Source: Rhodanobacteraceae bacterium
GTDB taxonomy: Bacteria; Pseudomonadota; Gammaproteobacteria; Xanthomonadales; SZUA-5
Direction of reading: 5' to 3'
NCBI GenBank assembly: GCA_031409855.1
Contig: JANNYA010000066.1
Span: 595 to 64,594, forward strand
Length of the DNA: 64,000 nt
Shown: piece by piece, positions 36,035-45,794 of the stretch
How the letters are laid out: each line of letters opens with the position of its first letter
How positions within the stretch are numbered: the stretch's first letter is position 1
The notes under the pieces: generated by a model
What the model saw: only the letters and a program-made list of their open reading frames with translations
Databases searched by the model: none
Told to the model about the DNA's origin: nothing
Translations under genes and position numbers: made by a program

Positions 36035-37107
36035 CGCAAGCCGCTGCACAAGTTTTGCGCCAGTTAGCCAAACAGCTCATGCAGGCGGGTGATTTTAGCA
36101 ACGCCGAGGCTCAAATTCGTGCCGCAATCGCGCTCGCGCCGGGTGCTCCGATCCTACATTTAGAGCACGGGCAGATTTTCGAGCAGCAAAACAATATCAA
36201 TGCTGCCACCCGTGCCTACTACCGCGCCGTGATGAAGGCGCGCGCAAAAGGGCTGTGGTTAGACGATGCAACCGTGCCAGCGCAAGTTTTGCCGCAGGTG
36301 CTGCATGCGATGCAATTCGTAGAAACGCATCGTGATGGTGTGCTGCACGCATTGCTTGAGCCACTCTACGCCCAATTTGGCAAAACTGAACTTGAACGCG
36401 TCACTGGGGCACTCAATATCTATCTGGGTTCCGATCTTACTAAACCAGCAAGTCCGCATCAGCGCCCACACTTTTTATATGTGCCAGGCCTAACTGAAAC
36501 GCCGTTTGTCGACGCCAAGCGATTCAGTTGGATAGACGCAGCACTCGATGCGCGCGCAGCAATCGCGGCTGAGGCGCATGCGGTGTTTGCGAATCAGCGG
36601 GGTGTCGAGCCTTTTCTTCAAGCCGCGCCTGGTAACGATCTGACCGTTTACATAGCAGGCGATCAAGCCAAGTGGGAAGCGCATTTTTTCTATCGGCATG
36701 GCTTAGCAAACCCGGAAAACTTAGCCGCTAGTCCTGCAACTGCGAACTTGCTGGCAAAAGCGCCACTAGTGCGCATCGCCGAACATGCGCCGGAAATATG
36801 CTTTTCCGCACTGACGCCTGGTAGCCATATCTTGGCGCACACCGGCGTCACCAATCTGCGTTTGGTGGCGCATTTGCCGTTGATTTTGCCTGACCGCTGC
36901 GCGCTAAAAGTGGCTGGCATCGAACGTGCCTGGAAACTGGATGAGGTTTTAATATTTGATGACACTTTTGAGCACGAAGCCTGGAATCGCAGCGATCAGA
37001 CCCGGGTCATTTTGCTGATGGATGCTTGGCATCCGGATTTGACGCAGGCCGAGCAGATTGCCTTTGCCGAACTTATTGAAGGCATTGGCTGCTTCAACCG
37101 TGGCTGA
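36031..37107 (+). CDS. TPR + aspartyl/asparaginyl beta-hydroxylase-family (Asp_Arg_Hydrox) 2OG oxygenase
   Basis: SHILAHTGVTNLRLVAHLPLILP...FDDTFEHEAWNRSDQTRVILLMDAWHP is the family signature. The ATG at 36031 overlaps the upstream stop (ATGA). Confidence 0.85.
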   Translation: MTQAAAQVLRQLAKQLMQAGDFSNAEAQIRAAIALAPGAPILHLEHGQIFEQQNNINAATRAYYRAVMKARAKGLWLDDATVPAQVLPQVLHAMQFVETHRDGVLHALLEPLYAQFGKTELERVTGALNIYLGSDLTKPASPHQRPHFLYVPGLTETPFVDAKRFSWIDAALDARAAIAAEAHAVFANQRGVEPFLQAAPGNDLTVYIAGDQAKWEAHFFYRHGLANPENLAASPATANLLAKAPLVRIAEHAPEICFSALTPGSHILAHTGVTNLRLVAHLPLILPDRCALKVAGIERAWKLDEVLIFDDTFEHEAWNRSDQTRVILLMDAWHPDLTQAEQIAFAELIEGIGCFNRG

Positions 37108-37157
37108 ATTAATTGCCGCCCACATTCGCTGACTGTAACGCCTGTGTAACTTGACAG

Positions 37158-37192
37158 GGCACTAGCCGTGTGACTTAACTCTCTGTTAACCT
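37158..37192 (+). promoter_or_regulatory. conserved upstream element GGCACT-N11-TTAACTCTCTGTTAACCT (copy 2)
   Basis: See 29306-29340. The spacing to the SD and ATG of receptor paralog 2 is identical. Confidence 0.45.
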
Positions 37193-37285
37193 GCCAGCTT
37201 GTGCTCGATGTCGAGCTCAAATTCAATGGCCTTGCCTTGCGGGGCTGGTTTTCTAACGGCTCTGCTGTACTGGAGAAAGAAACAA

Positions 37286-40147
37286 ATGATTAGTCAAAAT
37301 GAACTTACGCGTTCAATTCGATTTGCCCTTTTAGCTGGCATCTCGGCCCTTGCAGCTCCTGCATTTGCGCAGGATAGCGCGGCAGAAAAAGCCGAGGCCG
37401 AAGATCTTGATGCGGTCGTAGTCACGGGTACCCGGCTTCGTCGCGTTGATGCGGAAACTGCAAGTCCAGTTTTCGTTATTGATCGCGCCGCTATTGAAAC
37501 GACCGGCGCATCGACGATCGGCGAATTTATTCAAGAAACGCCCGCAATCTCAGGGGCAGCAACGAATCCACAAGTCAATAACGGTGGTGGTACTGGTGCC
37601 GCAACTGTTTCATTGCGCGGGCTCGGTTCTGCACGAACCTTGTTGCTCGTAAACGGTCGCCGCTTTAATGCGGGTGACGTTAACGCTATTCCCATCAATG
37701 CCGTTGAGCGCGTTGAAGTGCTGAAAGATGGCGCATCGGCAATTTACGGCTCCGATGCAATCGGCGGCGTGGTCAACTTTATTCTGCGCGAAGATTTTGA
37801 CGGCCTAGAGTTTTCGGCTCAATACGGCATTAGTTCTGAAGATGACGGCGAACAAACTAGCTACAGCATGATCAACGGTTCGTCCGGCGAAAACAACAAT
37901 GTTGTTTTTGGCTTCAATTACAACCAAACCGAAAAAATTCTGGCACGTGACCGCGAGTTCTCTAGCGCCCCGTTTGCACTATCTAGCGGCGAAGAAATTA
38001 TTCTTGGTTCGTCGCGTACACCTACAGGTCGTTACGTGGTTCCGCGTGCCGTTGCAGCAGCAGGTGGTGCAAACCTCGCCGCGTGTCAGGGCACAACGAC
38101 AAACGTAACGTTAACGCGTACCGCTGGAACCTCCGGCACCTCGATCAATAACTTCCGTTGCTTTATCGGCTCTGGCCCGAACAATGATACTTATAACTTC
38201 CAGGCGGACGGCAACTTAGTTGTAACGCCGCAGGAGCGCTATAATATTTTTGCTTTAGGCAAATCAACGATCAATGATAACGTCGATTATTATTATGAGT
38301 TGATGTACAACAATACCCGCGCATCATTCGAAATCGCGCCTGAGCCATTTGATGGTCGCCCTGCTGTTGCAAACGTGCCTTTGTCCGGCCAAAGCGTCTT
38401 CAATCCGTTCCGTGTAGACATTACCGATGGCCGTTTGCGCCTATCGGATGCCGGCCCACGTAAAGCAGAGACAGAAACTAGCAATATCCAGCTCAACACC
38501 GGCTTCCGTGGTGGTTTTGATATTGGTGACAGAAATTGGACTTATGATGCTGGCGTTGTGTACGGCCGTTCACTTGCAACCAGCGAACGTCGTGGCGAAG
38601 TTTTCTCCGCAGCACTTCGCAGTGCTTTGGGCCCGTCCTTCCGTGGTGCCAATGGTGTAGCTGTTTGTGGTACACCGACCGCACCAATTGCTGGCTGCTT
38701 GCCAGTAAATTTCTTCGGCCCATTGACCACAGATGCAGAACGTGCGGCACTTACCGCACTTATTCCTACCGTCAAGCAACGCACTTTGGGCTTGTTGAAA
38801 ATGGTAACGGCGAACGTGGGTACCAACTCGCTATTCACATTGCCGGCTGGCGACGTGGGCTTCGCACTGGGCACCGAATTTCGCAAGGAAACACTTGATT
38901 TCGTGCCAGATTTCTTGCAAGTGCTGAATGCTGACGGCAATTGCCAAGTGACAGCTGGCTGTACATCGCCAGTTGCTGGTGAGTTTTCAGTCCGCGAAAT
39001 TTATTCCGAAGCGTTCGTGCCTATTATCAGCGACATGCAATTCGTGAAAAGCCTCAACATGACGATCGGCGCACGCTACTCGGATTATTTTGATTCCTTC
39101 GGCAGCACCGACAATTACAAATTGGGCCTCGAATACCGCCCGGTTGATGATGTGTTGTTACGTGGTACCTACGCGAAAGTGTTTCGTGCGCCAACGATTA
39201 ATGATTTGTTCTCTGGTCAAGGCGAAAACGCTGAGCAATATGACGACCCTTGCAACGGTTACGGAAGTGCGGCAAATCCACGCTCGCCAACGCGCGATAT
39301 TGCTTGCCGAAATGTGCCAACAAATGGTCGTTTCGCTCAATCGGATACTCAAGCAAATACCCTTACCGGCGGTAACCGCGGTTTAGTACCAGAAGATGGT
39401 TCGGTCACAACCTGGGGTATCGTTTATTCACCTTCGTGGTTGACTGGTTTTTCCGCAGTCATGGATTTCTGGCGTGTTGATCTCGAAAACGGTATTGGCT
39501 CAAGTAACACCAGCGATATTTTGCTCAGTTGCTTTCAAACAGGTAATCCAGCGTTGTGTGGGCTCTATACTCGCGATACAACTGGCGAAGTCATCACTGT
39601 TGATACGCGAACTGTCAATTTAGACCGCCTTGAGACGAATGGTTTGGATTTCGGTATGAAGTACGCGTTGCCAGAAACAGACTACGGCACGTTCCGCGTT
39701 AGCCTTGATTCAACCTACATAGCGGACTACAAAACGACCGGTGCGGTCGGCAACAGCTATGCTGGCGACTTCCGTGATTCATCGACAGGCGGTAACGGGC
39801 ATTTTGCGCGTTGGCGTGGTCTGGGTTCAGTGGGTTGGTCGATGGGGCCGTGGGCAGCGTCTTGGAAACAGCGCTATATTCACCACATCACAGAAACCCT
39901 TGCTGACGGAAGCGTCGATAATGGCGACGGATTTGCTGACCGTCGCACGATTGGTGCATACACCTATCACGACATCCAAGGTTCGTTCAATTTGGAAGAC
40001 TTTAATACCCGTTTCTCGTTGGGTGTTGATAACGTAAACGATAAGCAAGCACCACGTATCTACTCAGGCTTTAATGCAACGACCGACGTGCGTACCTACG
40101 ACACCGTTGGCCGCTTCTATTACTTCCGTGCGGACATCAAGTTCTAG
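37286..40147 (+). CDS. TonB-dependent receptor, paralog 2
   Basis: The signal peptide is LTRSIRFALLAGISALAAPAFA. The plug and barrel are collinear with paralog 1 (ASPVFVID, SLRGLG, LLLVNGRR, VEVLKDGASAIYG) and the protein ends in F. Confidence 0.9.
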   Translation: MISQNELTRSIRFALLAGISALAAPAFAQDSAAEKAEAEDLDAVVVTGTRLRRVDAETASPVFVIDRAAIETTGASTIGEFIQETPAISGAATNPQVNNGGGTGAATVSLRGLGSARTLLLVNGRRFNAGDVNAIPINAVERVEVLKDGASAIYGSDAIGGVVNFILREDFDGLEFSAQYGISSEDDGEQTSYSMINGSSGENNNVVFGFNYNQTEKILARDREFSSAPFALSSGEEIILGSSRTPTGRYVVPRAVAAAGGANLAACQGTTTNVTLTRTAGTSGTSINNFRCFIGSGPNNDTYNFQADGNLVVTPQERYNIFALGKSTINDNVDYYYELMYNNTRASFEIAPEPFDGRPAVANVPLSGQSVFNPFRVDITDGRLRLSDAGPRKAETETSNIQLNTGFRGGFDIGDRNWTYDAGVVYGRSLATSERRGEVFSAALRSALGPSFRGANGVAVCGTPTAPIAGCLPVNFFGPLTTDAERAALTALIPTVKQRTLGLLKMVTANVGTNSLFTLPAGDVGFALGTEFRKETLDFVPDFLQVLNADGNCQVTAGCTSPVAGEFSVREIYSEAFVPIISDMQFVKSLNMTIGARYSDYFDSFGSTDNYKLGLEYRPVDDVLLRGTYAKVFRAPTINDLFSGQGENAEQYDDPCNGYGSAANPRSPTRDIACRNVPTNGRFAQSDTQANTLTGGNRGLVPEDGSVTTWGIVYSPSWLTGFSAVMDFWRVDLENGIGSSNTSDILLSCFQTGNPALCGLYTRDTTGEVITVDTRTVNLDRLETNGLDFGMKYALPETDYGTFRVSLDSTYIADYKTTGAVGNSYAGDFRDSSTGGNGHFARWRGLGSVGWSMGPWAASWKQRYIHHITETLADGSVDNGDGFADRRTIGAYTYHDIQGSFNLEDFNTRFSLGVDNVNDKQAPRIYSGFNATTDVRTYDTVGRFYYFRADIKF

Positions 40148-40182
40148 ATCCAGCGTTGTATTGAGGTTTTAATTAGCATTGA

Positions 40183-40210
40183 GGGGCTGGCCGATAGGCT
40201 GGCCCCTTTT
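40183..40210 (+). terminator. rho-independent terminator after receptor paralog 2
   Basis: A 10-bp stem GGGGCTGGCC/GGCTGGCCCC (two G-U pairs) with a GATA loop is followed by TTTT. Confidence 0.75.
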
Positions 40211-40217
40211 GCGTTTT

Positions 40218-40229
40218 GTGTGTACACAC
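40218..40229. promoter_or_regulatory. perfect 12-bp palindrome GTGTGTACACAC, candidate operator
   Basis: It lies 56 nt upstream of the 40286 ATG, between a terminator and the next operon. Confidence 0.3.
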
Positions 40230-40285
40230 GGTGTAAAAGCGTGCCGTATGCCAAGCAAAAAAATATTTAAGTAGTTGAGGTTGTT

Positions 40286-40846
40286 ATGCTTTCTTTAGAT
40301 CATTTTGTTCGCACCTATGATCAGCCTGGCCCGCCGACTTGGTGTGCTGAGTTAATCGAACGCTTTGAGCAATTGCAGCGATTTCAACAAGCTAACGGCG
40401 CAGGTATTCGGCCCGGCTTAGAGCAAAGCGCGTGGACTGAGTTGGATATTGGCCGCATTGCCGATGCCGATTTTCGAGCTAAGATCAATCAGTTTATCGT
40501 CGAGAGTTTTATTCAATACAATAAAGATCTGGGATTGTCGATGCCGATTAGTCCACCTCGGCAACACGCGGAACTGATCGTAAAACGCTATCGGGCAGGC
40601 ACTGACGAATCCTTTCAATTGCATTTTGACGCTTTAGGTGAAGTGTCCAATCGCTATCTTGTATTTCTTTGGTATCTAAATGATGTGGATGAGGGCGGGG
40701 CTACGGAGTTCCCGGACCTAAGGCTAGCCATTGCACCTAAAGCCGGGCGATTGCTGGTATTCCCGCCCTATTGGATGTTTCAGCATCGCGGTACACCCCC
40801 GATCAGCGGCGACAAATACATACTTTCAACTTATTTAGTTTACTAA
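40286..40846 (+). CDS. small 2OG-Fe(II) oxygenase (copy 2)
   Basis: QLHFDA...WYLNDVDEGGATEFP...FQHRG is present. It is a paralog of the 34290-34919 protein. Confidence 0.8.
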   Translation: MLSLDHFVRTYDQPGPPTWCAELIERFEQLQRFQQANGAGIRPGLEQSAWTELDIGRIADADFRAKINQFIVESFIQYNKDLGLSMPISPPRQHAELIVKRYRAGTDESFQLHFDALGEVSNRYLVFLWYLNDVDEGGATEFPDLRLAIAPKAGRLLVFPPYWMFQHRGTPPISGDKYILSTYLVY

Positions 40847-40862
40847 CCAGGCCAGATATTGC

Positions 40863-42641
40863 ATGACCAATCTTACGGTTGCCCTTGAACACTTTAGCGC
40901 GCAGCAACCGGAACAAGCGATTGCGATCTGCGATCAACTGTTAGCGCTAGAACCTAACGCTACCGGCCCTATCACCGTGCGCGCGCTGTGTCTGGCAATG
41001 CGCGGCGACTATGCTGCAGCGGAAACACAGTTCAGACGCCTGATCGAGCTGGAGCCAAACGACTCTTCTCACTATATCAATTTAGCAGCGACGCTAAAGG
41101 ATCAGGGTAGACCCGCCGACGCTTTTCAGCTGATGCAAAGTGCGCTTAATGGGCCTGCAGATAGTGCCGCGCTCAGATTTGAGATTGCGATTTGGCAAAT
41201 GGACGGGGCAAATTATTTAGCCGCCTGCAAGTTGCTTGAGCCTCTATTTGCGGCCTCGCCAGCGGATGCCTTTCTTCGTGTCCTTTTCGCGCGTTGCCTC
41301 ATAGAGACGGCGAGATTGCCACGCGCAAGACAAGTGCTACTGTCATTAAAAGATTATCAAAACGCCGACGTGCTCACCAAAATTCAGGCCGGAATTGCAT
41401 TTATGCAACTGGACAAATTTGCTGAAGCTGAAGCGTTGTTTCGTCAAGCGCTAGCCCTTGATCCTGGGGCGGATGATGCGAGCTATAACTTACTCGCACT
41501 ATTTGAGCGTTCGAACCAAATGGACTTGGCGGTGACTTTGCTTGCGCAGTTGCCAGTAGCACAAACGGCTGAGCAAAGCTTGCTTCGGGCCAAGGTGCTT
41601 CGGCGCTCTGGACAAGTCAGTGCCGCGCTCAAAATGTTGCGTGCGATAGATTCGACTAAAATTAATAGCAGAACGTCGGCCGATGTGAACTTCGCGCTAG
41701 CTGGCGTTGAGGATCAATCTGGCAACTGTGACGCTGCGATGCGCGCATTGGATATCGCGCATGCCGCACAGTTGAGCACCTACAAGACGAATCACCCGGA
41801 CCGAACCGAAACGTTGGACTTAGGCTGGGTGAATGAAACCGTCAGCCGCATGCAGATCGAAAAGTTCGCGGGCTCAAACCCTTGCGAGGATACGCCTACC
41901 TTCCTAGTCGGCTTTATGCGCTCAGGCACGACCCTAATTGAACAAATGCTCGCCGCACACCCGCAAGTTCTCACACTGGACGAGAGACCCGCGCTCGAAT
42001 CCGTCGTCGTCGAAATTCGGCGCCTTGGCTTGCGCTATCCGCAAGACCTAGATCAGTTCAACAGCGCAGAGATAGATGCGCTGAGAGCTGTGTATTTTAC
42101 CGAAGCGGACGCGCACATCACGCGCCTACCAAATGTGCATCTAGTCGACAAATACCCTTTTAATTTAGGCCGCCTCGGACTTATTCGCCTATTGTTCCCC
42201 CGTGCAAAAGTAGTGTTTGCGCTTCGCCATCCGTGCGATGTCGTTTTAAGCTCTGTCATGCAACACTTTAAAATCAATTCGGGCACGATGGCTTTCAACT
42301 CCATTGGCTCGGCGGCCACCACTTACGCGGCGGTGATGTCGATGTGGGTTGAGCAACGTGAAATATCTGGGTTGGACATCCACACAATAAGGTACGAATC
42401 ACTGGTTCAGTCACCCGAACCAAGCGCAAGAGCACTACTCAAGCACCTCGGATTAGCATGGAGTGACGCCGTACTAGTTCCCAATAAACAGGCGAAAGGC
42501 AAGTTTATTTCCACCCCAAGCTACTCCCAAGTCGCCACCCCGATTCACCAACGCTCGGTTGAGCGTTGGCAAAAATACGGGCGCTATTTCGAGCCAGTTC
42601 TGCCCATACTTCAACCCTGGATTGACCGCTTTGAGTATTGA
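40863..42641 (+). CDS. TPR-repeat + sulfotransferase protein (copy 2)
   Basis: It has an N-terminal TPR half, then VGFMRSGTTLIEQML and LRHPCDVVLS. It is a paralog of the 32369-34237 protein. Confidence 0.85.
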   Translation: MTNLTVALEHFSAQQPEQAIAICDQLLALEPNATGPITVRALCLAMRGDYAAAETQFRRLIELEPNDSSHYINLAATLKDQGRPADAFQLMQSALNGPADSAALRFEIAIWQMDGANYLAACKLLEPLFAASPADAFLRVLFARCLIETARLPRARQVLLSLKDYQNADVLTKIQAGIAFMQLDKFAEAEALFRQALALDPGADDASYNLLALFERSNQMDLAVTLLAQLPVAQTAEQSLLRAKVLRRSGQVSAALKMLRAIDSTKINSRTSADVNFALAGVEDQSGNCDAAMRALDIAHAAQLSTYKTNHPDRTETLDLGWVNETVSRMQIEKFAGSNPCEDTPTFLVGFMRSGTTLIEQMLAAHPQVLTLDERPALESVVVEIRRLGLRYPQDLDQFNSAEIDALRAVYFTEADAHITRLPNVHLVDKYPFNLGRLGLIRLLFPRAKVVFALRHPCDVVLSSVMQHFKINSGTMAFNSIGSAATTYAAVMSMWVEQREISGLDIHTIRYESLVQSPEPSARALLKHLGLAWSDAVLVPNKQAKGKFISTPSYSQVATPIHQRSVERWQKYGRYFEPVLPILQPWIDRFEY

Positions 42642-42814
42642 TTGGCAGCGCGCGCAGCAGGTCACGTTCGCGCATATTCGAGCTATTTAGTATTACAGAA
42701 ACGCCAGTTGGATAAAAATAACAGATGAAATTCTCCTTACGATTGCGTTAAACTTTCGCTAAGTCGCGGTTACATCCACGCGCTGTCCCCACACAAAGCA
42801 TAAGGATTCAAAAA

Positions 42815-45769
42815 ATGTTGAAGCAAAATGAACTGGTGCACTCAATTCGAGTTGCCCTTGTCTTGGGTTTGACTGGCGTGGTTTCGATGCCGGTGATGGC
42901 GCAAGAAGATACCGATCAAGAGACTCTGAAGCCTGTTGAAGTTCTCGGCTCGCGCATTCGTCGTGTTCAATCCGAAACAGCAAACCCAGTGCTTTCGTTT
43001 GAGCGCGCTGATATTGAAAAGACGGGTTTAACCAGCATCGCTGAAGTCCTGAAAGAAATCAGCGTCAACGGCCCATCTTTGAGCCTGAACACCAACAACG
43101 GTAATACCTCGGGTAACTCGGGCGTCAACTTGCGTAACTGCGCGTCAAACCGCACTTTGGTGCTGGTCAATGGCAAGCGCTGGGTTTCGAACAACGGTTT
43201 GGCTGGCTCAGTAGATCTAAGCTCCATTCCACTTGCCGCCGTTGAGCGTTTTGAAGTCCTGAAAGATGGCGCGTCGGCGCTATACGGTTCGGATGCACTT
43301 TGCGGCGTGATCAACGTGCAAACGCGTAGCGATTTCGAAGGTATGGAAGTGAATACCTACTACGGCGAAACGGACGATGGTGACGGCGAGCGCCAAGCTT
43401 ATTCTTTAACTGCTGGCGGCTCGAATGAGAAATTCTCCGGCATGTTCAATGTTTCCTACAGCGAACAAAAACCAATTTTTGCGGGTAATCGCGAAATTTC
43501 CGCCGTGCCGCTGTTTGGGTTCCCGGCCAATGTCTCCTCGCCAGGACGCGCCAGCACCACGGGCCCATTCGGTAATATCGTTGTGCGCGGTGTTAACCTG
43601 ACGTTGGACCCAACCAAGCCAGGTTGTGCACCAAACCAACTTTGCGCCCCAGGCACGGCAAGTAGCTTTAGACCCTATAATTTCTTGACCGATGGTTATA
43701 ACTTTGCCCCCGATAACTATTTAATACAACCGCAAAAAGCGTATTCGGCTTTCGGCGAAATTGGTTACCAAATCACCGACACCATCCGTGCCAAGGCCGA
43801 GATTTTTTACACCAACCGCAATGGCGATGCCCAATTAGCCGCACAGCCGCTTGCGCCGTTGACCATCTCTGCAACCAGTATCTATAACCCATTCGGCGTA
43901 GCGATCACCGGTGCGTCATTCCGTCCAATTGCGCAGCCGCGCAGTTTTGGTCAGGATCAAGACACTTGGCGCTTTGGTGCCGGTTTGGAAGGTGATTTTG
44001 AATTAGCTGACCGCAGCTTCTATTGGGATGTTGGCTATTCCTATGCTGATAATCGTCAAGTGCAGCTAAAGAATGGTTTTTATTTCACCAGCCGCATTAA
44101 CGAAGCGACTGGTGCGTCGTTTATTGACGCGCTGGGCGTTGCCCGTTGCGGTACCGCTGCAGCGGTTATCGCTAACTGCGTACCGTTGAACGTGCTCGGT
44201 GGGCCCAGTGGTTTGACCAGTGCGATGTTGAACTACGTCACCGTTGCACCTAGAAATTTACAGCAATCGGATCAAAAATCCTACACGGCCAACATTACGG
44301 GTGACTTGTTTGATCTCTCGGCCGGTCCTCTCGCGTTTGCGTTTGGTTTAGAGCGTCGCGAAGAAAATGGCTCGGATAATCCTGATCCATTAACCAATGC
44401 CGGCCTTGTTTTAGGTGACAACCCTTTTGCCCCAACCTCGGGTGGTTTTTCTGTTAATGAAGCTTTTGGTGAGCTCAGCATTCCAGTCCTTTCTGACGTT
44501 GCCTTTGCGAAGTTATTGGAATTCTCGGTAGCCGCACGCTATTCGGATTATTCCTCCTTCGGTAGTACCACCAATCCTAAACTCAGCATGCGTTGGCAGC
44601 CGGTTGACGATCTAATCGTGCGCGGTTCGTTCGGCAAAGGCTTCCGTGCGCCGTCGGTTTCAGAATTGTTCCAAGGTAGTGCGACAGGCCGTCCGGGGTT
44701 TCAAGATTTGTGTTCTGCGACCAATCCCGCTTTTATTGGGAGCGCTTCAACCCGTGCCGCGTGTCTGGCGAACGGTGCCCCCGTTGGATTTAGCTCACGC
44801 TTAGGACAGACCTTTCTAACCACAGGTGGCAGTGCATTACTGCAGCCTGAGACTTCCGAGTCAAAAACCATTGGTACTGTATACTCTCCAACTTGGGCGG
44901 ACGGTTTAGATATGTACGTCGATTGGTACAGCATTGAAATTAACGATGCGATCGGCGGAGACGGCGCGAACACGATTTTAGAAGGCTGTTACGTGCAACT
45001 TAACCCTGACCGATGTGCGCAAATTACGCGCGACCGCACGGGTGCAGTAAACGGGAACATCGGCGAAATTTCTGGCATTATCTCACTCAACAAGAACTTC
45101 CGTGGCGGACTTGAAACCGAAGGTTTCGATTTCGGTGGTGGCTATCGTTTTGAAACCGAAAACTGGGGCAAGTTCGTCACCCGTCTTGATAGTACCTATG
45201 TGAGCTATTTCGGCGATGTCGGCAAGCCTAATAACGGTGAAGTCAACTCGGATGGTGACATCTCAGCCGGAAACTTAGTTGGCACATTGCCTGCTGGCAG
45301 CTCTGGCGGCGCGGTTCGGCATCGTTTGCGCTCGAATCTAGCTAACACCTGGACTTATGGCGATTTTTCGGTTACCGCATCACTTGAGTACCGCAGTCGC
45401 GTGCAGGAATCCTGCAATAACGTTTTCAACACGGCAACGAACTTAACGCCTCGTGATCCCGCGTTCGCTGCCCTGAAAGACCTTTGTTCCGATCCTAGCC
45501 GCAACGTCCTCGTTTACTCCTTTAGGCCCGGTACTCGCGAAGTTGTTGCTACCGCCGCTGGACGACCACGTAACCAACTCGGCGGCGTAACTTACACGCA
45601 CTTGCAAGGGAGCTGGAGCGCGCCTTGGGACGCTACTGTTACTCTAGGAGCGCGCAACCTGTTCGACAAAAAGCCTCCGTTCTCCTCGGATTCATTTGCA
45701 AACTCCTTTGATGCGCAGTATCTGGTACCAGGACGCTTTTTCTATGTGAACTATGTACAGAAGTTCTAA
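42815..45769 (+). CDS. TonB-dependent receptor, paralog 3 (more divergent)
   Basis: The signal peptide is LVHSIRVALVLGLTGVVSMPVMA. The plug shows ANPVLSFE, LVLVNGKR and FEVLKDGASALYG. The protein ends ...YVQKF. Confidence 0.9.
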   Translation: MLKQNELVHSIRVALVLGLTGVVSMPVMAQEDTDQETLKPVEVLGSRIRRVQSETANPVLSFERADIEKTGLTSIAEVLKEISVNGPSLSLNTNNGNTSGNSGVNLRNCASNRTLVLVNGKRWVSNNGLAGSVDLSSIPLAAVERFEVLKDGASALYGSDALCGVINVQTRSDFEGMEVNTYYGETDDGDGERQAYSLTAGGSNEKFSGMFNVSYSEQKPIFAGNREISAVPLFGFPANVSSPGRASTTGPFGNIVVRGVNLTLDPTKPGCAPNQLCAPGTASSFRPYNFLTDGYNFAPDNYLIQPQKAYSAFGEIGYQITDTIRAKAEIFYTNRNGDAQLAAQPLAPLTISATSIYNPFGVAITGASFRPIAQPRSFGQDQDTWRFGAGLEGDFELADRSFYWDVGYSYADNRQVQLKNGFYFTSRINEATGASFIDALGVARCGTAAAVIANCVPLNVLGGPSGLTSAMLNYVTVAPRNLQQSDQKSYTANITGDLFDLSAGPLAFAFGLERREENGSDNPDPLTNAGLVLGDNPFAPTSGGFSVNEAFGELSIPVLSDVAFAKLLEFSVAARYSDYSSFGSTTNPKLSMRWQPVDDLIVRGSFGKGFRAPSVSELFQGSATGRPGFQDLCSATNPAFIGSASTRAACLANGAPVGFSSRLGQTFLTTGGSALLQPETSESKTIGTVYSPTWADGLDMYVDWYSIEINDAIGGDGANTILEGCYVQLNPDRCAQITRDRTGAVNGNIGEISGIISLNKNFRGGLETEGFDFGGGYRFETENWGKFVTRLDSTYVSYFGDVGKPNNGEVNSDGDISAGNLVGTLPAGSSGGAVRHRLRSNLANTWTYGDFSVTASLEYRSRVQESCNNVFNTATNLTPRDPAFAALKDLCSDPSRNVLVYSFRPGTREVVATAAGRPRNQLGGVTYTHLQGSWSAPWDATVTLGARNLFDKKPPFSSDSFANSFDAQYLVPGRFFYVNYVQKF

Positions 45770-45794
45770 GCCCTAAAGCGGTTTAGCGTTTAAC

